Source of the DNA: Thecamonas trahens ATCC 50062
Lineage: Eukaryota > Protista > Apusomonadida
Assembly (NCBI RefSeq): GCF_000142905.1
Contig: NW_013657626.1
Coordinates: 124,001 to 188,000, forward strand
DNA length: 64,000 nt
Direction: 5' to 3'
The stretch's first letter is position 1. Each line of letters begins with the position of its first letter. Under the pieces are notes generated by a model. It was not told the DNA's origin, made no database searches, and saw nothing but the letters and a program-made list of their open reading frames with translations. Shown piece by piece: positions 1 to 10,200 of this stretch. Position numbers and translations under genes: made by a program.

Positions 1-2
1 AG

Positions 3-3000
3 CGCCTTGCTGCTCTCGCCGCTGCTGCCACCGCCGCTACCCCGGACCCCGAGCCTCAGCCCGAGCCTCAGCCCGAGCCTCAGCCCGAGCCCCAGCCCGA
101 GCCCCAGCCCGAGCCTCAGCCCGAGCCTCAGCCCGAGCCTCAGACCGAGCCTCAGCCCGAGCCCCAGCCCGAGCCCCAGCCCGAGCCTCAGCCCGAGCCC
201 CAGCCCGAGCCCCAGCCCGAGCCCCAGCCCGAGCCTCAGCCCGAGCCTCAGCCCGAGCCTCAGCCCGAGCCCAAACCTGAGCCGGAATCCAAACCGCAAC
301 CCCAGGCTCAAGCTCAAGCTCAAGCTCAAGCTCAAGCTCAAGCTCAACCTGTGTCCAACCCGTCGATTGCGCTCGCGACCCGCCCTGAAACTGAATCGGA
401 CGGCGCCGTGTTGCTGCCTCTCAACAACGATGACGGTGACGACGAGAACAACTCGGCATCTTCAGGTGAGTCGTCGGTCTCGTCGGTCTCGTCGATGGAC
501 GGCGCAGGCGGCTCGCTGGCTGGTGCCAACATGGCGGCCGTGCGCAGGTCGGGCGTGTCAGGCTCGTCGCGCCGCCGCAAGAAGAAGAAGCGCCGCGAGT
601 CGTCGCGGTCGGAGGGGGGCAGCAAGTCCAAGTCCAAGACCAAGGCCAAGGCCAAGACCAAGACCAAGACCAAGACCAAGACCAAGACGGCCAAACTGGC
701 CAACATCTTGTCGCCGAGCGCGCCAGCCCACATTGCTTCGCCGGCTGTTGGCTCGGCAGGCAAGCGGGGCCTGCCGTTCCTCCCGCCGCCAGGCATGACC
801 AAGCCGCCGGGCTCGGCACCTATTCCGATTGTGCGCCCGTCGCCGATGCCCAAGAGCGTTGCGTCGCCACCAACAGGCAGTGGAACCTCACTCTCGCCAC
901 CGCATACCCGCACCACATCGCCTTCGTCGCTCTCGGCCACCTCGCCGCGATCCAATCTCGCATCGCCGCGCAACGCAGCGTCGGAGACGGCTGCGCCCAA
1001 GCGGATGCATCGGAGGTCGTCGTCGTCATCGTCGCTGGTCGAGGCTGCCACTCTCGCAGCAGCAACCTCGGCCGCTGCCCTCCCACCTGCGCCGTCGGCC
1101 GACGCGTCCGCTGAGTCTGGTGACGACGGTGCCGACGAGAAGCGCTCGATGATGCAGCGGCTCAAGAGCATGAAGCGGAGTGCGTCGCAGCGAGTCTCCA
1201 AGTCGACCACCAACGTCAAGCGGATCATCAAGGAAAAGGCCCAACGCCGGTCGTCTTCGCCTGCGCTGGAGGCAGGCAGCACAGGCTCTGCGCTCCGCCT
1301 GGCCACCAAGGCTGTTCGCGACGTGCTTGGGGCGCCGCCGGCCACCCGTGCCACCATGGCCTTTGGCGCCATCCCCGCCGAGTTGCAGGCCTGGCTGAGA
1401 ATCTTTGATCCGGCCGCTGTCCCGTCGGACGTTCCGCAGCTGTGGATCGCCGAGGTCCTCGCCGCGTGTGTGGTCCACACCGTCCATCCAGCTCGCCTCC
1501 CGCTCGGCAGCGTGTGGACCGAAGCGCAGACGTGTGACTTTATCCGCGCCTATTTTGGCTCGCTGCACTCGGCCTCCATCCTTGCCTTTGCCAGCCGCCA
1601 CCACTATGCTGACGCCATCGCGCTTGTCCACGCCTGCGAGGACGAGGCGCTGCAGGCCGAGGCCCAGGCCGTGGTCGAGGCCGAGGCGGCCTCGCCCGAT
1701 GCGCCCGTCGACGGCGAGTCCGGGACGCCGACTGCGGCTGCTACGACGGTGTCCGCGCTCTCCCAGTATGCCAGCCGTCGCAAGGCACTGGACGATGCGG
1801 CGAGCTCGGGCCCCGACCTGCACAGCCTCCTCTGCCGCGACGGCAGCCTCTCGGCTGTGCTGCGGTACTTGCCGGTGCTGGCGCAGGCCTCACCCGAGCT
1901 CGCGCTCAAGCTCGCGCTCGACTGGTACCCGCAGGTCCAGCCGTGGATCTTTGCCCGCGCGCTGGGCATCGGCAGCGGCGACGCGCCTCCGGCCGCCGCG
2001 CTGTACTACGCTGACTACCTCCGGTCGCTCCTCGACTCGATGTCGCCGCCGACGCCGACGCCGTTGCCGCTGCTGGAAGCAGTCTTTGAGCACACGCTCG
2101 CGAGTACCGGGAGCCCTGCCCGGGCGGCAGTGCTCGGCCCGGCGAGCGACGGCCCGGCTGCACCGCTGGTCGCTACCGATCACGTTCCGGCATGGGAGGC
2201 TGTCGGCGTGATGCCTCGGCCGGGCGCACTGGGCCTAGTCTGGGCTCTGCCCCACGGCGGCGTCCACTCGTTGGACACGCTGCTGACCAACCACATGGCC
2301 CGGGCGTGGAAACACTGCTTCCGGTGATGGAAGCCGCAGGCTGGCTGCCAGGCGTGATGCAGGTCTACCGCGCACAGGGCATGGAGGCGGCGGCGGCCAA
2401 TGTGGCGCTTGTCACCCGCGATGCACCCGCACTTGCCGAGGTGCTCATCAGCTCGCGCTCACTTGCGCTTTGGCGGGCAGCACTGGCTCACGTTGCTGCC
2501 GAGCCGGAATGGTCGCTCGTGCTTCCAAAGGAGGTGGCGCTTGCGCTCGTTGCCGCCCTCGCCCGGGTGGTCGGCTCGCTGGAGGGCCTCGAGGTTCTCG
2601 AGCAGTTGCCCGACCTCGCGAAATCGCTGCAGCCAGACGGCTACGCCGTGTTTACCAGCGAGGCTGAGCGCGAGGTGGCGAGCGCCGTCCGGGTCAACAC
2701 CATCCTGGACGCACTCGACGCGTACCTGTGGGCGCAAAAGCCGTCGGCGCTCCCACCGCAGATTCGGCGGCTTGCCGACCACGAGTACGCCAACGGGGCG
2801 GCCGTCGACGGGGCGGCCGATCCGGACGCCACCCGCATCATCCGAGGGCCGGACCACAACACGCCGCTACGGCAGTTTGTCGAGGACCCGAACTCGCATT
2901 GGGGTGTGGCTTTTGAGCTCGACGCCCGGTGCATGCTCTGCATGCTCCCGCTGCGGGTCCGCGAGCCCACCGATGCCGATAGTGGCAGCAGTGCGCCAGG

Positions 3001-3175
3001 CCCACCTGACCGAAGGGGCCGTCGCCCCGCGCAGCGCGGCGCAGCTGCGCTACTCGCCGCAGTCACCGCCTTTCCGTGTGGGCATGTCTTCCACGAGGCG
3101 TGCGCCGTCGACGGCGGCTGCGGCGTGTGCTTTGGCTCGTCGCTGGCATCGCTGGCATCGCTGGCGGCGCAGTAA
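3..3175 (+). CDS. HPS5: HPS5-like (BLOC-2 subunit) protein with C-terminal RING-H2 finger; 5'-partial; one frameshift near 2295
   Basis: Frame 3 is open from base 3 through the (EPQP)n repeat into ORF 351..2327 and continues in ORF 2192..3175 after ~2295. Segments [66 protein letters not shown] and [12 protein letters not shown] follow in order the HPS5 C-terminal region as recalled. It ends in CMLC...[11 protein letters not shown]...CGVC (RING-H2). Confidence 0.72.
46..272 (+). repeat. 12-bp tandem repeat CCCGAGCCYCAG encoding (PEPQ)n inside the HPS5-like CDS
   Basis: Directly visible. It is followed by (GCTCAA)n at ~305-346 (QA repeat) and (AAGACC)n at ~623-690 (KT repeat). Confidence 0.95.
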
Positions 3176-3186
3176 AGGCGAGTGTG

Positions 3187-5832
3187 TTACGGCGCCGCGT
3201 CAAACTGTGCAACGAGTCTGCGTAGGTCGGCCAGGTCAGTCCGGGCCTGTGGGGTGCCCAAAACACCGCTTAGCTCCGACGTTGAGAGCTTGACCAAGGA
3301 GCGGAGGGCGGCCGCAGCGTCGGCTAACCAGGCGCGGCCGAGCGCGGCTGACGGCGTGCCGTCCAGCCGCTTGGAGGCTTTGGCCGGCGGCGGCGCCGAC
3401 GCGAGAGCGTCGAGCACATCCTGGCGGGCGCTGCGGCGGCGCTTGCCGAGCACTGATCGTTCGGCGGGCGACGGACGCGCGGCGGGCGTGGCGAGCCCAG
3501 CGGTGACGGCCGGCGACTTGGTGGCGTAGCCGAGAAGATGGTCCTTCAGCGCACCAGGAATAAACTGCTGGACGTTGTCGAGGGCAGTGCACTTGGCAAA
3601 GGCGACCATGGTGCGGACGCCTGTGTTGCGGAGCGGCTCGTGCGGGCTCTTCAGCAGAGCACCAAACAGAGTACGCAAGCCGTCCTCAAATGCCCGCCGC
3701 CGCGACGCAGCCGCAGGCAGCGGTACCTTTGCTAGCGCGTCGAGCAGCTGCGCTGCCGCAAGAAAGAGCGGAGGAGATGCCGGCGCCGAGCCCCAGTGAG
3801 ACGCCACAGTGTTGAGGACCTCGGCGCCGCGCTCAAACGACGGCGCGGCGGCGACGAGCGAGGCCAGGACAACGATGGCGGCAGGCGCAGGCCCGCCGCT
3901 CGCCCACGCCTCTTCGCGCTGGAGCAGTGTGGAGCAGCTGCGGCCAATGCTGAGCACTATCGACCCTGCAAGGAGCTCGTCCCAGTACGGCGAGGCCGAC
4001 AAGGCCTCCAGCAGCGCGAGAGCCGCGACGACGTTTGCGTCGAGCTGCGGGAGCCCGACTGCATCGGCGGCCAACTTGAGCACGCTCTGCGAGCCGCCAC
4101 TTGTTGCCGCGAAGACAACCGACTTGGCCAGCCGGCGCCACGGCAGGATCGTGAGGAGATTCGAGGCGTGCGAGACGACAAATGTGCTTGTTGGCGCCAA
4201 AGTAATCGCACCGGCTGCATCAGCTGCCATGCTCTCGAGCTGGCGCGGGCCGATGCCCGGGAGAGCGACACTGGCAAAGCTGCGGATGGCTTCGTGCAGC
4301 AAGGCGAGAGCTTGAGGCGATAGCACGCTTGCTGGACGGATGACAGAGGGTGAGACGGCAGCCAAAACTGGCGGCGGAAGGGCCGAGCCGAGGAGATGCT
4401 CGACGAGCTCGGCGACGCGAGCGGCAGCGCCCGACGTGTGGAGAGCCGACCACGCCAGACGCAGCGCTTGGGCGATGCAGCGGCCGAGGACTGGGCACCA
4501 CGCGGCGTCAAGGACGCGCTCCAGCAGCTGAGCGGCAGCCTTGGCCTGAGTTCGCGGATCAGCGGTGGCGGCGACCGACGCCGCTACGGCCTGGGCGATG
4601 TCGGCTGCGAGGTCGTCAAGAGCCGGGCGGTGTGCAGATGCGCTCGTGCATCCCTCGTCGGCACCCGCCATGTCAGCAGCCATCAAGCCGCTCAACAGCG
4701 CCGCCTGGGTCTTCAGCGTGTCGATGTGGGCCGAGTGGCTCTCAAGGAGAGCCGCAACAAGGCGCAGCGAGCCACGGATGCGTGTGGGCGGCGTCGTAGC
4801 GACACCCATCCGTGCATTGAGGTCGGCAACCAGCGCGGCGGCGAGGGCGGCGACCAGCGGCGGATGGTCGAGGCGGGTCAGGCCTGAGACAAGGGCGTCC
4901 AACAGCGCCGTGGCAGCGTCGCGGGTCGGCTGGCGGAGCGCGAGGGTGGCGGCGGCGGCGAGCTTGTCGGCGAGCGGGCGTGGAGAAGCGGCGGCGGCGG
5001 ACGGAAAGGCTCCGAGGAGCGGAAAGGTGTGGGCGACGAAGAAGCGGCAGACCTTGGAGGCGCGGAGGAGCATGTCTGTGCGAGCAGCGTCGGCATCGGC
5101 CAGAGAGGCCGCGAGCTCGCGGAGGACCAGATCCAGGAGGGCGCGCGGCGAGAGGCTCGCGCCGGGCGCCTGCAGAGCGACAGCATGTGAGCGTGCAAGA
5201 CGGACGAGTGCCTTCCACACCAGAGACATGAGGGCAAAGTCGTTTGCGGCGTCTGCAGCAAGGTCGCGGACCCAAGCGACGAGGTCGACGGCGGCGGCGG
5301 CGTCTGCGGCGTCTGGTGCATGGGCGAGCGGCGGGCGGGCGTGCTTGAGGGCGAGGGTGAGCAGGGTGGAGGTCGTGCCGTAGGCGGCCCGGTAGAGGGT
5401 ATCGAGACTGGCGGCGAGATCGCGGGCCGGCGGCGGGGCGTCGGGTTGTGGGGCGGCGAGGCTCGCGTGGGCCCGGATATGGGCAAGGGCGGCCGAGACG
5501 AGGGCGGTGGTGGCCGCGGTGACCGGGGCGAGGCGGGCGAGCGAGACCGGCGCCACGGCCGCAGCCTTGCCCATGGCCGTGTACGCAGCGGTGTGACACT
5601 CGAGGACCTCGGCGGCCTCGGCCGCGTTCTCCACACTTGCCTGCCTCGCCAGCGCGTCGACCACAGCCTTGCCCGCCGCACCCAGGACCCGCCCGAGCGC
5701 GGCCGCCCCGTCGCCGCCGGACACGTCCACCTCGGGCGTCTCCACAAGCTCCTTCGCCAGCTCGCGCAGCTCGGCTCCGGACAGCCGCCGCACCGTCTCG
5801 GGTCCCGTCTGTGCAAGCACCCCCACAAGCAT
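3187..5832 (-). CDS. FIRRM: FIRRM/C1orf112/FLIP (FIGNL1-interacting regulator of recombination) homologue
   Basis: ATG at 5832 follows a CA-rich leader. Motifs LMSLVWKALVRL, RASKVCRFFVAH and LFGALLKSPHEPLRNTGVRTMVAFAK resemble the recalled C1orf112 blocks (TWKFIIK, KTLKLCRFF, LFASLL...AFTQFAE). The protein is all-helical. Confidence 0.68.
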   Translation of the reverse strand: MLVGVLAQTGPETVRRLSGAELRELAKELVETPEVDVSGGDGAAALGRVLGAAGKAVVDALARQASVENAAEAAEVLECHTAAYTAMGKAAAVAPVSLARLAPVTAATTALVSAALAHIRAHASLAAPQPDAPPPARDLAASLDTLYRAAYGTTSTLLTLALKHARPPLAHAPDAADAAAAVDLVAWVRDLAADAANDFALMSLVWKALVRLARSHAVALQAPGASLSPRALLDLVLRELAASLADADAARTDMLLRASKVCRFFVAHTFPLLGAFPSAAAASPRPLADKLAAAATLALRQPTRDAATALLDALVSGLTRLDHPPLVAALAAALVADLNARMGVATTPPTRIRGSLRLVAALLESHSAHIDTLKTQAALLSGLMAADMAGADEGCTSASAHRPALDDLAADIAQAVAASVAATADPRTQAKAAAQLLERVLDAAWCPVLGRCIAQALRLAWSALHTSGAAARVAELVEHLLGSALPPPVLAAVSPSVIRPASVLSPQALALLHEAIRSFASVALPGIGPRQLESMAADAAGAITLAPTSTFVVSHASNLLTILPWRRLAKSVVFAATSGGSQSVLKLAADAVGLPQLDANVVAALALLEALSASPYWDELLAGSIVLSIGRSCSTLLQREEAWASGGPAPAAIVVLASLVAAAPSFERGAEVLNTVASHWGSAPASPPLFLAAAQLLDALAKVPLPAAASRRRAFEDGLRTLFGALLKSPHEPLRNTGVRTMVAFAKCTALDNVQQFIPGALKDHLLGYATKSPAVTAGLATPAARPSPAERSVLGKRRRSARQDVLDALASAPPPAKASKRLDGTPSAALGRAWLADAAAALRSLVKLSTSELSGVLGTPQARTDLADLRRLVAQFDAAP

Positions 5833-5996
5833 AGTGTGTGGAGAGTCGGGTGCGGGGTGGGGTGGAAAGTACGACCTTTTTTGGGTGTGGCGCCGAAACT
5901 GCGACCTTTTCCTGCCGGCCGGCAAAGGGCGATCGTGATCGCCGCCGGCACCGACACCGGCAGCGGCACCGCACCCCGGCACCCCACCCTTCTCTT
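5833..5996. promoter_or_regulatory. Putative 164-bp bidirectional promoter of FIRRM-like and FAAP24-like genes
   Basis: Lies between two divergent ATGs. Contains the direct repeat CGACCTTTT (5872, 5902) flanking an E2F-like TGGCGCCGAAA (5888-5898). Confidence 0.55.
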
Positions 5997-6710
5997 ATGA
6001 ACGCACACCGTGGACGTGGCGGCCTGCCAGGGCCGGTGGTTGTGGCGGCATGTGCTGAGCGCGGGGCGTTTGGGCGTGCGCTGGCCAAGCAGAAGCGGCT
6101 GAAGGTGCGGACGGGCGCGGTGGAGGCGCCGCTGCAGGCAGTGGTGGCCGGCACGGGCGTGTTGATGGTGCTGGAGGGTGCGGTGGTGCTGGGCGGGGCG
6201 GAGGCGCTGGCAGAGACAGTGGCTAATGCGGACGCTGCACGCGGCTCGCAGCTGCAGCATGCGCTGGTCTTGGTGGAGCGGACGGTGGCGACGCTCGAGC
6301 CTGTCCGCGCGGCGCAGGTTGCCGCCGTCGCAGACTTTCCGGCCGTCCGGGTGGTCCCGGTCACAGGCATCGACCAGGCAGCAATGCTAGTGAGCCAGAT
6401 GTGGTACGGAGCACAGGCAGAAGCGCGTGCGGCTGCATCGGCCTCGTCGACATCGTCGAATGCGGCGTCGGGCGCCGCTGCTCTGGTGCCCATCGACGAC
6501 GCGCTCCGCCGGGAGGCTTTGGTGGCGCACCTTGCTGCGAGCGTGTCGCGGCTGACACCGATGGTTGCGCGTGAGCTGCTGACTGCGTTTGGCAGCCTGG
6601 ATGCTGTGGCTGCTGCGTCACCAGCTGAGATGACCGCCACGGTGCGGTCGCTGGGCGACGCTGTGGCCGCCCGCATTGCGGCTCTTTTCGACTCGCCACT
6701 CACAGAGTGA
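5997..6710 (+). CDS. FAAP24: FAAP24-like protein (inactive ERCC4-like domain plus tandem helix-hairpin-helix)
   Basis: LVLVERT...VVPVTGIDQAAMLVSQM and ARELLTAFGSLDAVAAASPAEM...LGDAVAARIAALF match the FAAP24/ERCC1-family layout. Length is ~237 aa. Confidence 0.7.
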   Translation: MNAHRGRGGLPGPVVVAACAERGAFGRALAKQKRLKVRTGAVEAPLQAVVAGTGVLMVLEGAVVLGGAEALAETVANADAARGSQLQHALVLVERTVATLEPVRAAQVAAVADFPAVRVVPVTGIDQAAMLVSQMWYGAQAEARAAASASSTSSNAASGAAALVPIDDALRREALVAHLAASVSRLTPMVARELLTAFGSLDAVAAASPAEMTATVRSLGDAVAARIAALFDSPLTE

Positions 6711-7200
6711 GTCCGCGGCCGCGATCGCTTGCGCGTTGATGAGCGCGGTGTCCAGAACCCAGTTCAAGTTGGCGTGCCACCTCTTGCGCGGCCACGCCGA
6801 CCGGCAAGCTCGCCCGTCGCAAGAAGATCGACAACGTCCTCGCGCTTTCCCGTCCGGCCGCTTTGTTTAACTCTGTGATGCTCAACTCCCCGGTCGCCGG
6901 GGCCGTCAACCGACAAGCTCCGCACCGTCCGCGCCCGCCGCTCCTCCGGATCGGCGCCGTACGGCACCTCGCGCGCCTCGCACATGCTCCCAGGCGTCCG
7001 TCACCGCGGCGGCAACTCTGGCATCTGTTGGGCGGGGGTCTACGTGTCGGCCGCCGTCACGCATCTGCCGCGCCTCCCACCTCAAGCCGCAGGCCAAGCA
7101 GGCGTCACGCAGCGTCGGCCGGTGACCTGAAAGTCAAGCATGATTGAGTTGTTCACTTTGAGACGAGCGACAACGCGTCCGAGCGACATACCGTTAAGGG
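6711..7200. mobile_element. Decayed piggyBac-like DNA transposon fragment, copy 1
   Basis: 6789-7200 is a diverged reverse complement of 42526-42892. The terminus reads CCCTTAACGG on the - strand and is flanked by CTAG (7201-7204). 6711-6791 on the - strand encodes PRKRWHANLNWVLDTALINAQAI, resembling the piggyBac transposase RW..xxWxLDxAxxNA motif. Confidence 0.7.
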
Positions 7201-10200
7201 CTAGCTTGAGCTGTCCGAGTCGGAATCGGAGCACGAGTCCGAGTCGGTGAACACGGCTGATAATGTGAGGTCGGGATCCAGCGGGCCTGTGGGCGTCGAC
7301 GGCGGCTGTGTGAGCTGGTCCTCGTTGCTGTGGCGGGCATGATGCTTGGCCTCGCGCTCACACTCGTGGCCAAAGTTCTGGGGCCGCGGCTTGTGAGGAA
7401 TGGCAGGGAGCTTGTGGAGGGCGTGGAGCGAGAGGCTGGAGGGCAAGGGCAAGGGCGAGGCGTTGCGGGTGGGAGCTTGTCGGCGCGGACGTCAGCCACC
7501 GATTTGACTTTGCGCATCACCTTGCGGCGACTTCCACCGTGGTCATCGCGACCCCTCTCGCTGCTCTCGCGACTGCGGTGGCGGTGGTTGTGGTTGCGAG
7601 TCGGCGACTTGGAGGCGAGGCGTGGCGAGGAAGCTGGCGAGTCGTGCGAGTGGCGCCTGCGCCTCACCTTGACTCGGACTCGGGCGATGGAGCCTGGAGA
7701 GAGGTTATGCGAATAAGCAAGGTTGGTGGCCGAGGGCGGCGAGGATGGGGCGAAGAGCTGCGACTCTGAGCTGGACGAGGAGGCGGGACCGAGCTTAGTG
7801 CGGCCCTCTGGGACCGGCGAGAGCATGGCTAGGCCCGAGCGGAACGAGGCACGGCGAGAGGCCAGATTGGGCGGCGAGAGCGAGGACGGCGCGTCAGGGC
7901 GCGGCGGGAGAGTAGCTGAGCTCGAGCGGGAGCGTGAGCGCGAGCGCGTTGATGAGCGTTTCTTGCGCGAGACCGGCGAGCGCGAGAGCGTTTCTCGCTG
8001 CGGCCCTGGCGTCGGGGTGCCCGGGTCGACGTGGATGGATGTGAGCGAGGCCGACTTGCGGCGGCTGGGGATTGTGTTCTTGCGCCCGAGAGACTCGGGC
8101 GACGGCGCGGACGCGTTGGCCTCGCGTGTTGGCGAACGGTGGGCACGGGCGAGCGAAATAGACTGGGCGCGTTGGAGCTTGGAGCGGGTGGGCGACGGCG
8201 GGACGAGCTGCTCCTGAGCCGGGCGCAAGGCGGCCGAGAGGGTGTTGCGGCGGCGCGAGGGGCGCGACGGCGACGACGATGACGACGGCGACGACGGGTC
8301 GAGGTCTTCAAGGCCAAAGGCAGCGCGATCTGCGGCCGAGAGCGAGAGAACGTGCTTGAGCTGGCGTCTGAGGAGCCTGTTTGCGCGAATGGCGGCCTCG
8401 AGCTCGCGGGCGAGCTTGTCATAGTTGGCGTGGATGCGCGAGTTGTGCGAGTCTGCGGACCGCTTCCATGAGAGAAAGTTGGAGGCGAGCGAGGAAGCGT
8501 CGGAATAGGCGTCGGCGTCGTAGTCGTCGGGCTCGGCGAGCGAGCGGGTGTGAAGAAGGTTGCGGACCTGGTCGCGGAGGGCATGAAAGTGCTTTTGCAA
8601 GACGGTAACCGAGAGGTTTGCAGCCTCGATCTGAGACTGCGAGGCTGCCAGCTGGTCTTGCAGGTGCTGGACCGACGGGCCGATGTGGCGGACAAACTGG
8701 AGGGCTTCCAAGAGGTCCTCGCGCGAGACTGAGTGCTGGGAGGCTGCAGAGAGAATGGAAGCCGCCGTCGGCGACGAGAACGAGGTGTCGAGGTTGCGGG
8801 CATTGGCGAGGGCGCCCGGGCGGATGGAGGATGTGGCTGTGGCCAGCGTCTCCATGGCCTTGACGATGGATGAAATGTCTGCGTGGTGCGCGGACTTGGT
8901 GACCTCGAGCTCCGAGGCGATGCGAGCAAGCGACGCGGCGAGGTCTTGGGTGTCCTTGGTGGCGACGTCAAGCTCTGCGTGGATGGACTTGGGGTTGTTG
9001 ACGATGTCGAGGACCTCGCCGCGCTTTGCGTTGGGCGTGTCAAAGACGCGTGCGACGAGCTGGTTGTCTGCGACCTGATAGATGTGCAGCTGCTCGTCGA
9101 TGCCCTTGAGGGCGACGGTGCCGAGGTCCCGGACGACGACGGGCGGGTCAAGGGTAGGAAGGAGGCCGGCAACAGCGTCGTGGACGGTCTCAGAGATGAC
9201 AATTTGGCCGCCCGAGGTGACTGACTCGATGCGGGCGGCACGGTTGACGATGGGTCCAAAGTAGTCCATGCGACCGGTGATGGGGTCCGCGCGACAGGTT
9301 GGGCTTCCGCAGTGGATGCCGATGCGGACGCGGAGGCCGCGCCAGAGGAGCGATCCGTTGCTGGCGTAGGCCGGGGCACAGATGGGGATGCCCGGGGGTT
9401 TGAGGAGTGACGGCGGCCACGGGGCGGTGAGGAGCGCGCGCTGGAGTGCGAGGGCGCACATGACGGCGTCGACCGGCGAAGAAAAGGCAACCATAAAGGC
9501 GTCACCCTCGGTCTTGACCTCAAACCCGAGGTAGCGCGGAAGGATGGAGCGGAATATGTCGTTGTGGATCTCGAGCGAGGCGGCCATGACGGCGGCATCG
9601 GCCTCCCACAGCTCTGTCGAGTTCTGGATGTCTGTGAACATGAGGGTGACTTCCCCCGTTGGCGCTTCGACGTCCTGCTCCAGCGACTTGCGCTCTTCAT
9701 CGATGCGGATGCGGACCTGGGCTTGGAGGCGCTTGAACTTCTTGGCGGTGACCTGCGACATCTCGAGCGCGGAGCGGAACTTGTCCTCTGCGGTCTTGCG
9801 CTCGTTCTGGACACGGGCGATGGTGAGCTTGGCCTCGGTGATGAGAGACTCTTTCTGGGCCACCACGTCGTCGATGCGGGCCTGAAGCGCGGCCTCGCGG
9901 CCTGCGGCGGCCTCGAGCTCGCGCTCGGCGGCCTCGAGCCGCTCGACAATCGAGACGTGCGCAGCTTCCGTGTGGTAGATCTGCGACTGGAGGCGAGATA
10001 TTTCCGAGCGGGCGGTGTCGAGGAAGGCGTTGGCCTCATCGAGCTGGACCTTGAGCGTCATGGCGTAGGTGCGGGCGTCCTGGCTGGCCGACGGTGAGTC
10101 GGGCTCGGATGAGCTCTGTAGCGGCGAGGCAAGCGACGCGGCCGAGGTCGACACCGTGGGTGAGCCTTCGAGCGCCGAGCGGTAATTGAGCGCCATGGCC

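Noticed and set aside
46-272. 12-bp tandem repeat near the window edge as a telomeric or subtelomeric repeat; ORF 7..798 (SPSL repeats)
   Set aside because: The repeat is in frame with the HPS5-like CDS as PEPQ, and the other frame is a shadow ORF.
4742-6703. Long antisense and alternative-frame ORFs (e.g. 4742..6703, 7829..10039, 28098..30341, 23762..25336)
   Set aside because: These are expected by-products of high GC and codon bias. They are Arg/Ser/Pro-rich with no domain motifs and overlap well-supported genes.
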